NCBI RefSeq assembly: GCF_026000115.1
Contig: NZ_AP026867.1
Span: 2,713,716-2,777,715, forward strand
Direction: 5' to 3'
DNA length: 64,000 nucleotides
Origin: Aureispira anguillae
GTDB taxonomy: Bacteria > Bacteroidota > Bacteroidia > Chitinophagales > Saprospiraceae
Shown here: piece by piece, positions 30,588 to 39,553 of the stretch
Layout of the letters: every line of letters begins with the position of its first letter
Numbering within the stretch: position 1 is the stretch's first letter
Position numbers and translations under genes: made by a program
Notes under the pieces: model-generated
The model's input: the letters and a program-made list of their open reading frames with translations, nothing else
Told to the model about the DNA's origin: nothing
Databases searched by the model: none

Positions 30588-32441
30588 TTAGTTTGATAAT
30601 TTGATAAATTGCCGATTTCTCAAAATATAACGATGTTCCCCGATTTCAACAATTTCCCCTTCTTTTTTTTCACTTAGGTTTAATATGTCTTGCCTTAAAG
30701 TATGGATAGAGCCCTTCGTTCTATGAGCAATGGTAAGGTACTCTTCATTAATATCTGATTTGAGACCTTGATAAAAACCATTGGTTTCGTCGGCACCACA
30801 AAGGATAATTCGAATAGGAATATTAATTTCCGAAAGCAAGGCCATATCTCGCACTCGACTATAGCTATCAGCAATCAAAACCAGTTCTTCTACGTCTTCT
30901 TTTTTATCCATTCCAGCCAAGACAGCCTCCAAATCATTTTCTGGCGGTTCTCCTCCTCCCAAACCACTTTCGATCGCAAGATGCATTGTATTAATGACCA
31001 AGCCCAGTTCATCCCAAGCACCTTCACAATTATAAATTCCTCCTGTAGTTCCTATTTTTTTGGCACTGGCCATTTTTTTATTTCCATCATTAAAAAATAG
31101 GTATTTGGTATGTTCTCCTTGCTTTAGATTTAGCAAATGCCAAATTAAAACCTCCTCTAAATAAGGATTCATACTTTGTGTAATATCCGTTACAACTACC
31201 TTTCCTTTCCATGACTCCTTAAACCGCTGTAAGGTTGCTAAAATAGGTTGTTTTTTATCTTCAAAATAATTGGGATTTAGCTTTAATTGCTGTTCTATTA
31301 TTTTGGCTTTTGCCTTTACGGCCTTTCTAATTTTAAACGTTCGCTTGATTGGAATCGGTTGATTTCTTCTAACCAGCTCTTCGATCAATTCGTCCTCTAG
31401 ATTTAGGGCTTTGAGAGAATCTACCATAGCAATTTGTTTGATTTCTTCAACCTTGGCTAATGAGTCTCGCTTAGCAGCAATTCTAGCCTGTTTTTTTTGT
31501 CGATGCCCCCACTCTTCAGAAGTAACCGATTCATAGATAATGGTTTCAACTACAATGTCACTTCCTGCGGTTAAAAAAATTTTTTGTTGCCCAAAATTAA
31601 GATTATAGGCTGCATTCAAGGAATAAACATCATTGAGCGGCACCAAAATTTGAGCAATTCCTTGTTTATTGGTTATTCCTTCATATTTTTTTCCATCTTT
31701 TTGAGCAACCACCCAAAAACGTTCGTTCTCTATTAGTTTTCCATTTAGGTCATAAAAAATAAAATTAAACAACGCTTTATTGATAGAAGGATATTTATCC
31801 ATTCCCTCCACTCGTTCAAACAAAACATCCTCTGTCCAAGCAGCATAAGGTTTATTGGGAATTTCAAACTTATAATAATTGGGTGCCCCCTTAAGGTTCA
31901 ACATATACTCACAGCCAATTGGCAGTTTTATATTAGCCATCCCGTCTTTATTCGTCATTGTTTGGTATACTTTCCCATTGGCTCCACTCCTAATTGTCAA
32001 CTCTTCTACTAAGTGGGATGCCTTTCCCTTATCGTCAACCAATCGAATATGCACAGGAATTTCTACGAATAAAGGGCTTCCGTCTTTTGGGGCTTCATAA
32101 AAAGGGACAGGAATTTCATGCCTTTGATAAGCTCCTTTAGGAATCGTAACCGAAGCAAAATTTTGCCAAGTTGCTAAATGAATGGCATAAACATCATTGG
32201 TAGGCACCAAGACAAAGGCCTTGCCTTCTTTATCTGTAATTAGGTCAAATTGCTTTTTATTTTCTTGCCCTTCTATTCTAAATTTTTTACCAACAACTGG
32301 ATTTTGATTGATTGGATTGGCAAAAATAAACGTTACAACAGCCTGCTTTTGGGTAGGTTTTATTTGGGCGGTTAATGGACCAGTTATACTAACTATTAAC
32401 CATAAAATAAGATAAAAATAACACTGTTTGTAAATGGGCAT
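30588..32441 (-). CDS. hypothetical secreted protein. It has three tandem ~100-aa beta-sandwich repeats, a coiled coil, and a C-terminal vWA-like domain.
   Basis: A signal peptide is present. Three internal repeats each contain DKxGKA/TNKDG...NDVY motifs. The C-terminal domain begins VVVTDITQSM (DxTxS, possibly MIDAS-like). Confidence 0.5.
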   Translation of the reverse strand: MPIYKQCYFYLILWLIVSITGPLTAQIKPTQKQAVVTFIFANPINQNPVVGKKFRIEGQENKKQFDLITDKEGKAFVLVPTNDVYAIHLATWQNFASVTIPKGAYQRHEIPVPFYEAPKDGSPLFVEIPVHIRLVDDKGKASHLVEELTIRSGANGKVYQTMTNKDGMANIKLPIGCEYMLNLKGAPNYYKFEIPNKPYAAWTEDVLFERVEGMDKYPSINKALFNFIFYDLNGKLIENERFWVVAQKDGKKYEGITNKQGIAQILVPLNDVYSLNAAYNLNFGQQKIFLTAGSDIVVETIIYESVTSEEWGHRQKKQARIAAKRDSLAKVEEIKQIAMVDSLKALNLEDELIEELVRRNQPIPIKRTFKIRKAVKAKAKIIEQQLKLNPNYFEDKKQPILATLQRFKESWKGKVVVTDITQSMNPYLEEVLIWHLLNLKQGEHTKYLFFNDGNKKMASAKKIGTTGGIYNCEGAWDELGLVINTMHLAIESGLGGGEPPENDLEAVLAGMDKKEDVEELVLIADSYSRVRDMALLSEINIPIRIILCGADETNGFYQGLKSDINEEYLTIAHRTKGSIHTLRQDILNLSEKKEGEIVEIGEHRYILRNRQFIKLSN

Positions 32442-32982
32442 AGACTTAAGGTTATTGAAGGTACTGTTAGCTCAAAAAAATAATATTTAGGCGCATAGAA
32501 TGGCGTACTTTACAACATAGTGTGTTGTCATTAATCAGCGCAAAAATTCAATAATTGGCAATTGACAGCCCGAACAAAAAAGATAAATAATAAAAATATG
32601 TAATACTTTAACTATCCAATAATTACAAGAAAATATTTTAGTTGTTTTTTTTAACTAACTCCTTCTTTTTGTAACCTTTATAAAGTATTATACGTAGATA
32701 TAGTCCAATAGTTAACGAACCTAATACCTTATCTAGTATTTAAATTTTCTATAATTAACTGTACAGTTATTAAAATTATAACATAGTCTTAAAAAAAAGA
32801 AATTTCATATTTTTTATTTGGTATTTTCTACAAAAATCCTTACTATTGATAGCTGTAACAAACAAAAAAGTAATAAAAAGTAAATCTTGACAAAATCGTT
32901 TTAAACAAAAAAAAACTTAAAACCAGTGTTTTAGATTACTTGCCTCAAAAGAAAATCTCGCTACGTTTCTAAAAAAAAAAAA

Positions 32983-33399
32983 ATGAAGGCCTTAACTTGT
33001 ATTACACTTGTTCTTTTCTTATTTCAATTTGCTATAGGACAAAACCAAACTGCTTCTATTTCTAATAATCATACAACAACTGCTTCAACTAATTCTACTC
33101 CATCAGAAATTGATTGGGCTAATTTTGAAAATGAATTGACGGATGAAAATTGGTCTTTTCACACCAACCAAGAAGGAAAATTGTTGTACATTGACTTTGA
33201 GTCTCTAGGAGGAAAAATGAATCGCCTAGTTCTAAAATCAGTTGAAAAAACAATTATTATAGAAGATAATCATCTTTTTGACCTGCCAATCAATACTATT
33301 TATGAAGTAAATTTGGAAAAATTAAAAAGAGGTAGTTATTTTGTAGAGTTATATACTTACGACAATAAAATAATTCGTGAAGAAATAACCATTCAATAG
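32983..33399 (+). CDS. small secreted hypothetical protein
   Basis: Signal peptide MKALTCITLVLFLFQFAIGQ. 138 aa. The start codon is embedded in an A13 tract. Confidence 0.4.
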   Translation: MKALTCITLVLFLFQFAIGQNQTASISNNHTTTASTNSTPSEIDWANFENELTDENWSFHTNQEGKLLYIDFESLGGKMNRLVLKSVEKTIIIEDNHLFDLPINTIYEVNLEKLKRGSYFVELYTYDNKIIREEITIQ

Positions 33400-33428
33400 A
33401 TTTTAAACCGATAAATGTTTCTTTTAAT

Positions 33429-34427
33429 TTGGATCTATCCCATCATATAGAAGAGTTACTTTACTCCAACGACTGTGTTATTATTCCAACCATTGGTGGT
33501 TTTATAGTAAACTATACTGCTTCCTCTATCGATTTTGTAGAACAACGTTTGTTGCCTCCTCAGAAATCGGTGTCGTTTAATGCCAAATTAGTGAATAATG
33601 ATGGGTTATTAGCCAACCATATTGCTCAAAAAGAACATTTAACGTACAAACAAGCGACTTCAAAAGTAGAAGAATTTAGCCGCCAAATTGAAATTGATTT
33701 ATTTAATAATAAGATTGTTCATTTTAACAAAATTGGTAAATTGTATTTCAACTCAGATTCTAAATTAGAATTTGTTCCATTTAATACCAATTTCTTAAAA
33801 GACGCTTATGGTTTGCCAGATATACCCTGTGTTCCTATCTTGCGAAGTAAAGATTATTTAATCAAAAATAAGAGTGAAGAAAAAGCTGTTGCCATTCAAT
33901 CCAAAGGTAAACCTGCTGCTCTTATAACAGCTTTAGTTGCTAAACCTAGGGTGATTGCTGCTGTTGCTGCAATTTTTCTTTTTGCTTTGGCTAGTCCATA
34001 CATCTATAATGCCCTATTTCATTCTGCTCCAACAGAAACAAGCATAGCGCAAGATAAGGATACAACAACTACTGCTCCCAATAAAAAATCACAAGCTTCT
34101 CTGATTCCATCTATTAGTGCGACCAACAGCAGTGATACGGTTGCAACAGAGCAAGACAGTACTCCTATTCAAGAACAAGAAGTGCCAGAGATACCTCAGG
34201 TAGATCCTAGTCAAGATTATGTTATTGTGTTAGGTGCTTTTGGCAAAAAAAGAAATGCTCGCCGTTTAGCTAAAAAATTAGAAAAAGACAATTACCTTCC
34301 TGATGTTACTTACAAAAATGGGTTAAATCGAGTTGGGGTTCAAATCACTTGTTCGCCAGAAGAATTAAAGCAGCACCTCAAATTCCTACAAGAAAACTAT
34401 AACAAAAAAGCTTGGGTTGTAGAGTAA
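33429..34427 (+). CDS. SPOR-domain protein with an N-terminal HU-like (CCDC81_bac-type) domain
   Basis: The N-terminal HU-like fold reads DCVIIPTIGGFIV. A TM segment lies in the middle. The C-terminal SPOR domain reads DYVIVLGAFGKKRNARRLAKKL...GLNRVGVQ. Confidence 0.65.
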   Translation: MDLSHHIEELLYSNDCVIIPTIGGFIVNYTASSIDFVEQRLLPPQKSVSFNAKLVNNDGLLANHIAQKEHLTYKQATSKVEEFSRQIEIDLFNNKIVHFNKIGKLYFNSDSKLEFVPFNTNFLKDAYGLPDIPCVPILRSKDYLIKNKSEEKAVAIQSKGKPAALITALVAKPRVIAAVAAIFLFALASPYIYNALFHSAPTETSIAQDKDTTTTAPNKKSQASLIPSISATNSSDTVATEQDSTPIQEQEVPEIPQVDPSQDYVIVLGAFGKKRNARRLAKKLEKDNYLPDVTYKNGLNRVGVQITCSPEELKQHLKFLQENYNKKAWVVE

Positions 34428-34438
34428 TATCTATTCTT

Positions 34439-35647
34439 TTATTTTTCCTTTTCTTCTACCAATGCAGCTATTGTTTTCACCATTAAGTCAAGGTCTATTT
34501 TTTCAATTGGATGAGGAAAATCATCAAAAACTTTCAACCGCCCATTGGGTAAAGCATCCGCAATCCTTGTTGTTTCTTCTTCACTAACCATCTTGTCCTT
34601 TCTCCCTACACTAATAATTGCTTCTTGATTAATAGATAAAAAATCGTCTGTAGAAAGCCCAGCTCCTGCACCTAAGTTTATCATTAAATCTGCGGTTAAT
34701 TTTAGGTGTTCTTTCCAATCTTGAGGAGCATGTCGCTTGGCTAATAATTGGGCAAAAGCAGGCACTTTGGCTTCAATAATAGAAGGATCAAGCATTTTAA
34801 TTTCTTTTGCTGCTGTTGCTGGCGACCAATCAAATTTAGTAGCTAAAGTTATAATTTTACCGACCTTATCAGGGTACAATTTGGCTAAATTCAAAGCAAC
34901 ATAGCCTCCCATAGAATAGCCAAAAATATCGACCTGTTCTAGCTCTTGTTCAGCCATATAATTCACTACATCTTGGGTAAATAAGTCAATTGAAAAAGGA
35001 TGCCCATTCGATGCACGCCCACCGTGTCCTGTAAAATTGAGTACCCTAACATCAGCCCCCTTGCTCTTTAATTCTTCTTCCATAGGTTTCAACTGATCTT
35101 TGCTACCTAAAGCACCATGCAATAATAAAAGTGGCTTTTGTTGAATCATAACTTTGATTTTAGAAATGATAGGATCATTTTCTTCAATAATATAATTAGC
35201 TTGCTTATAAAAAAAAGTGCGCTCTTCTAGTTTTTTTGCAATAAATTGCGCCAAACGTTCTTTTGACATTCCCATCAGTAAAGGACGTTGATCGGTTTCC
35301 TTCTGAAGTCGTTGTAATAAGGTCGATTGAGATGGATTTAAGAAAATACTTATTCCATTATTCAAAATCCAAGACATATTGTCTCCAAAACAAGGGGTTC
35401 CACCTCCCAATGCAATAATGGTTGGTTCTTTGATGCTTGCGGTCTCTCTTAAGCTTGCTGATTCCAAGCTTCTAAAGTATTCCTCCCCTCTAGCTTCAAA
35501 TATTTGCCGAATGGAACAACCTTCTTGTGCCTCTATTTTGGCATCTAAATCTAAAAATTGCCACCCTAAATCATTTGCCAATTTTTGCCCCCAGTAAGAT
35601 TTTCCAGAGCCCATAAATCCCAACAAATAAATATTCCTATTGAACAT
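34439..35647 (-). CDS. aroK: shikimate kinase (AroK) fused to a C-terminal alpha/beta-hydrolase domain
   Basis: The N-terminal 170 aa read YLLGFMGSGKSYWGQKLANDLGW..LDLD (P-loop plus shikimate-binding pattern). The C-terminal 230 aa read LLLLHGALGS...GYSMGGYVAL (GxSxG nucleophile elbow). Confidence 0.7.
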   Translation of the reverse strand: MFNRNIYLLGFMGSGKSYWGQKLANDLGWQFLDLDAKIEAQEGCSIRQIFEARGEEYFRSLESASLRETASIKEPTIIALGGGTPCFGDNMSWILNNGISIFLNPSQSTLLQRLQKETDQRPLLMGMSKERLAQFIAKKLEERTFFYKQANYIIEENDPIISKIKVMIQQKPLLLLHGALGSKDQLKPMEEELKSKGADVRVLNFTGHGGRASNGHPFSIDLFTQDVVNYMAEQELEQVDIFGYSMGGYVALNLAKLYPDKVGKIITLATKFDWSPATAAKEIKMLDPSIIEAKVPAFAQLLAKRHAPQDWKEHLKLTADLMINLGAGAGLSTDDFLSINQEAIISVGRKDKMVSEEETTRIADALPNGRLKVFDDFPHPIEKIDLDLMVKTIAALVEEKEK

Positions 35648-36293
35648 AATCTTCTATAATATTTACTAAGTTAGCTTCCTTCTCTTCATGAAAGATGGGA
35701 TTATGAAAATAATTCAACTTATTCAATAAATCTACCAATTGCTGCTTTTCTAAATCTGTTAATTGCCCCGTCGCAATTGTTCCTATTTTTTGCAAAATTG
35801 GCAAAGCTTGTAAAAAAGCTCCTCGTCCTTTGTCTGTGATCCGAACTCGTCTAGCACGCTTATCATTCTCGTCCAAAAATGTCTCAATTAATTCGTTGCG
35901 TTCCAAACGCCGAATGACTTCCATCCCCGATGTAAACTCACTTGTATTTTTTTGGATCAACTCATTCTTTCTTAAGTCTCCCACCGTCGCTAGGGTTGCT
36001 AAAAACCCAAAATCTTCTGTCGTCTGTATATAAGACTCCTTAAAGCCTTTTCTGTAATAAAAACGAACATACTTGTGCAACAAGGATATTAATTGGCAAA
36101 TTTGAGCATTAATTCCTCCCTGCAATGGAATAGATTTTAAGGACTTTTGGGGAGCTTGCTGCTCTAGCTTAGGCGCTCCATTCATCCATATCAAAAAATC
36201 ATTAATATTTGTTTCTTTTTGCTTATTTTTTTTTTCAAACTGATCTAAATAAGGCAATAATTCTGTAAGCAATTTATATTTCATATTTGGCAA
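35637..36293 (-). CDS. MarR-like winged-helix transcriptional regulator. Its stop overlaps the aroK-fusion start.
   Basis: The C-terminal wHTH block GDLRKNELIQKNTSEFTSGMEVIRRLERNELIE...DKRARRVRITDKG is present. An 11-bp overlap with the downstream gene suggests translational coupling. Confidence 0.5.
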   Translation of the reverse strand: MPNMKYKLLTELLPYLDQFEKKNKQKETNINDFLIWMNGAPKLEQQAPQKSLKSIPLQGGINAQICQLISLLHKYVRFYYRKGFKESYIQTTEDFGFLATLATVGDLRKNELIQKNTSEFTSGMEVIRRLERNELIETFLDENDKRARRVRITDKGRGAFLQALPILQKIGTIATGQLTDLEKQQLVDLLNKLNYFHNPIFHEEKEANLVNIIEDYVQ

Positions 36294-36437
36294 ACCTTTT
36301 ATTTATAAGAAGTTATCTACTTAAATAGAACTTTATCGAGTAAGAATTCGTCAAAAATAGCTAACTATTTAAACTTATTTCAAAATACTATGTTATAACA
36401 ACAAAATATCTATTAATTACAACAATAAAATAGAAAA

Positions 36438-38900
36438 ATGAATTCCAACTTTGTACAAAAATATATTATTTTAATCACTTTTGTTATAATTCCGTACTTT
36501 ATCAAAGCGCAAACAGGGATTATAAAAGGAAAAGTAGTTGAAGCAAGCAACAACCAACCTGTTCCATTCGCCAATGTAATCATAGACGGTACAAGTATAG
36601 GTGTTGTTACGGATATTGATGGCAACTATAAATTAACGAGTCTAGAGCCAGGTTTATACAATCTCTCTGCAAGCTTTCTAGGGTTTAAAACAGCTGCAAA
36701 AAGGGAAATTCAAGTAACCAACTCTAAACCTGCCAACATTGATTTTTTGTTAGAGGAAGATAAAGAAAACATAAAAGAAGTAGTTGTAAAAGCTTCTCCA
36801 TTTAAGCAGCCAGCAGATGCACCACTATCTTTACAAACAATTGGAACCGCAGAAATTCAACGCAACCCTGGAGGCAATCGTGATATTTCAAAAGTTGTCC
36901 GTTCTTTACCAGGTGTTACCAGTGCTTCTAGTTTTAGAAATGATTTATTAATTAGAGGAGGAGGCCCTAGTGAAAATAGATTTTATTTAGATGATATTGA
37001 AATCCCCAATATTAATCATTTTGCAACTCAAGGATCTTCTGGTGGCCCTAATGGTCTAATTAATGTTGATTTTATTCGAGAAGTAGATTTTTATAGCAGT
37101 GCATTTCCTGCCAATCGAGGCAACTCAATGAGTTCTGTTTTTAATTTTAAACAAAAAAATGGTCGTGACGATCGTCTAGGTTTCACCGCTACAGTAGGTT
37201 CTAGCGATTTGGCGGCTACACTCGAAGGTCCCATTGGCAAAAAGACCACTTTCCTATTTTCCATTCGTCAATCTTATCTTCAATTTTTATTTCAAGCATT
37301 AGATTTGCCATTTTTGCCGATTTATAATGACTTTCAATTTAAGTTTAGAACAAGATTCGACAACAAAAATGAATTTTATGTTGTGGGTTTGGGGGCTTGC
37401 GATCGTTTTAAATTAAACCTAAATGCCAATAAAACCGAAGAACAACGCTACCAATTGGCACGTCTTCCTGTTTATTTTCAATGGAATTATACGCTTGGAG
37501 CCGTATACAAACACTATATGGATAAAGGAGTCTTTACGGCTGTTTTGAGTAGAAGTATGCTAAATAACGACATTTACAAACACCTTGATAATGACGAAAG
37601 CCAAAAAAGAATCATTGATTATACTTCTCAAGAAGCAGAAAACAAATTGCGTTTAGAACATAAGGTAAACCTTCCCAAAGGCTTTATCCTTAATTATGGT
37701 TTTGGTTATGAATATGCTCGTTACACCAATCTAACTAAAATTAATGCCACCAACTATCAAGAGATTAGAACCAAACTAAGCCTTAATAAATATGGTTTGT
37801 TCGCTCAACTTAGCAAAAAGCTAATCTCTGATCGGCTGGTCTTGTCAACAGGAGTTCGCATGGACGGCAATGATTACAACCAAAATATGCTCAATCCTCT
37901 CAATCAAGTTTCACCAAGATTCTCGGCTTCTTTTGCTATTTTACCAGGTCTAACCTTAAACGCCAATACAGGACTTTATTATCAATTGCCTTCTTATACC
38001 ACCTTAGGCTATCAAGAAGATGGTGAGTTTGTCAATAGAGATCGACTCCAATACACTCGCTCTTTTCATGTCGTTGGAGGCTTGGCTTATGTCACTAAAA
38101 GTAGTACCAAATTTAGTTTAGAAGCCTATTATAAATTGTACGATAATTATCCATTTTTATTAAATGAGCAGGTTTCATTAGCCAATTTCGGGGCAGATTT
38201 TGGAGTGATTGGCGATGCTCCCATTTCCTCTACTGGAAAAGGACGAACTTATGGATTAGAATTACTGGTACAACAACGACTCTATAAAGGATTTTACGGA
38301 ATATTAGCCTATACCTTGGGCTGGTCAGAATATACCGATGGAGAGGGGCAATTTATTCCTTCGGCTTGGGACAGTCGCCATATTGTCAACTTGGCTGTTG
38401 GCAAAACATTCAAAATTATGAATAAAGACATTCGAGCAAAAATAAATGCCAAACGATCGGCCAAAGGAAAAGCAATCAATACTCGAACGATAACAACACA
38501 AACACTAGATGTTGGCACCAATGTCCGCTTCCAAACGGGTTTGCCTTACACTCCCTATGACGAAGAGCAATCTGCCTTAGTAAGCAATTGGAATCGTTTT
38601 AGACAAGGAATTTTAGATTATGACCAACTCAACAGCCAACGATTAGGGCTCAATTACAGCATTGACCTTAGGATTGATTACAAGTGGTTTTTCCCCAAAT
38701 GGAGTCTTAATCTATACTTAGACCTTCAAAATATTCCTGGGGTAGTCACGGGTACTTCTTCTTTAATTCTGGAGGAGGATGCAGATGGAAATCCACAAAT
38801 TCAAAATCCTGGAATGCCTAATCAATCCTACCAACTTAAAACCATTGAAGCCAGTAGAGGTACTGTAGTGCCTACGCTTGGGATTATTGTGCAATATTAA
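36438..38900 (+). CDS. TonB-dependent receptor-like outer-membrane protein (CarboxypepD_reg + plug + barrel)
   Basis: The signal peptide is followed by GIIKGKVVEASNNQPVPFANVIIDGTSIGVVTDIDGNYKL (CarbopepD_reg), then a plug with LPGV/IRGG motifs. The C-terminal residue is aromatic. Confidence 0.65.
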   Translation: MNSNFVQKYIILITFVIIPYFIKAQTGIIKGKVVEASNNQPVPFANVIIDGTSIGVVTDIDGNYKLTSLEPGLYNLSASFLGFKTAAKREIQVTNSKPANIDFLLEEDKENIKEVVVKASPFKQPADAPLSLQTIGTAEIQRNPGGNRDISKVVRSLPGVTSASSFRNDLLIRGGGPSENRFYLDDIEIPNINHFATQGSSGGPNGLINVDFIREVDFYSSAFPANRGNSMSSVFNFKQKNGRDDRLGFTATVGSSDLAATLEGPIGKKTTFLFSIRQSYLQFLFQALDLPFLPIYNDFQFKFRTRFDNKNEFYVVGLGACDRFKLNLNANKTEEQRYQLARLPVYFQWNYTLGAVYKHYMDKGVFTAVLSRSMLNNDIYKHLDNDESQKRIIDYTSQEAENKLRLEHKVNLPKGFILNYGFGYEYARYTNLTKINATNYQEIRTKLSLNKYGLFAQLSKKLISDRLVLSTGVRMDGNDYNQNMLNPLNQVSPRFSASFAILPGLTLNANTGLYYQLPSYTTLGYQEDGEFVNRDRLQYTRSFHVVGGLAYVTKSSTKFSLEAYYKLYDNYPFLLNEQVSLANFGADFGVIGDAPISSTGKGRTYGLELLVQQRLYKGFYGILAYTLGWSEYTDGEGQFIPSAWDSRHIVNLAVGKTFKIMNKDIRAKINAKRSAKGKAINTRTITTQTLDVGTNVRFQTGLPYTPYDEEQSALVSNWNRFRQGILDYDQLNSQRLGLNYSIDLRIDYKWFFPKWSLNLYLDLQNIPGVVTGTSSLILEEDADGNPQIQNPGMPNQSYQLKTIEASRGTVVPTLGIIVQY

Positions 38901-39007
38901 GCCTTTGGGGCTGCATTCACGGATTTTGTGAAGCATTTAACTTTGATAATTTGGAGGTAAAACGACATGGATTATCTCCAAATTATCAATAGGTAAAGCC
39001 ACCGTAT

Positions 39008-39553
39008 TTATAAATGCTTCTCTTGTTCTAACCACTCGCTTTTTAAAATGCCATAACTAACCGAGTCATAGTATTTTCCAGCAACAATTCTAGCTTTTCT
39101 ATATTCAGCTTCTTTTTTCATGCCTAATTTTTCGGCAAGCTTCATCATCCCAATATTTCCAGACCAAGTTGTTAACCCCAATCGGACGATATTTTCTTTT
39201 TCAGCAAAAATTTCTGCTATCCACAATCGAAGTGCGCTAAAGCCAATCCCCTGTCCCCAATATTGCTCATCAAAAATTATGATTCCTATTTCTAACCAAA
39301 ACGTTTCTTGGGATTTCCAATACCAACTTACTTCGCCAATCACTGCATCAAATTCATTTGATATAATTTTTTTATGGGCTATATTCGTTCCATTTAACAA
39401 AGCTTCTCTTAATTGAGTCATTCGAACCTCCACCTCCACAGCAGATTCTTTCACAAAATAAGGGCCATTTAGTGTATGGTATTTATGATGTGGTAATTGC
39501 CAGTATTGATAGGCTTCTAAATCCTTTAAGGTTAACGTTCTAAGTCTAATCAT
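39008..39553 (-). CDS. GNAT family N-acetyltransferase. The start was moved to the internal Met so that it abuts the upstream stop.
   Basis: The acetyl-CoA binding block QYWGQGIGFSALRL (Q/RxxGxG/A) is present. Confidence 0.7.
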   Translation of the reverse strand: MIRLRTLTLKDLEAYQYWQLPHHKYHTLNGPYFVKESAVEVEVRMTQLREALLNGTNIAHKKIISNEFDAVIGEVSWYWKSQETFWLEIGIIIFDEQYWGQGIGFSALRLWIAEIFAEKENIVRLGLTTWSGNIGMMKLAEKLGMKKEAEYRKARIVAGKYYDSVSYGILKSEWLEQEKHL

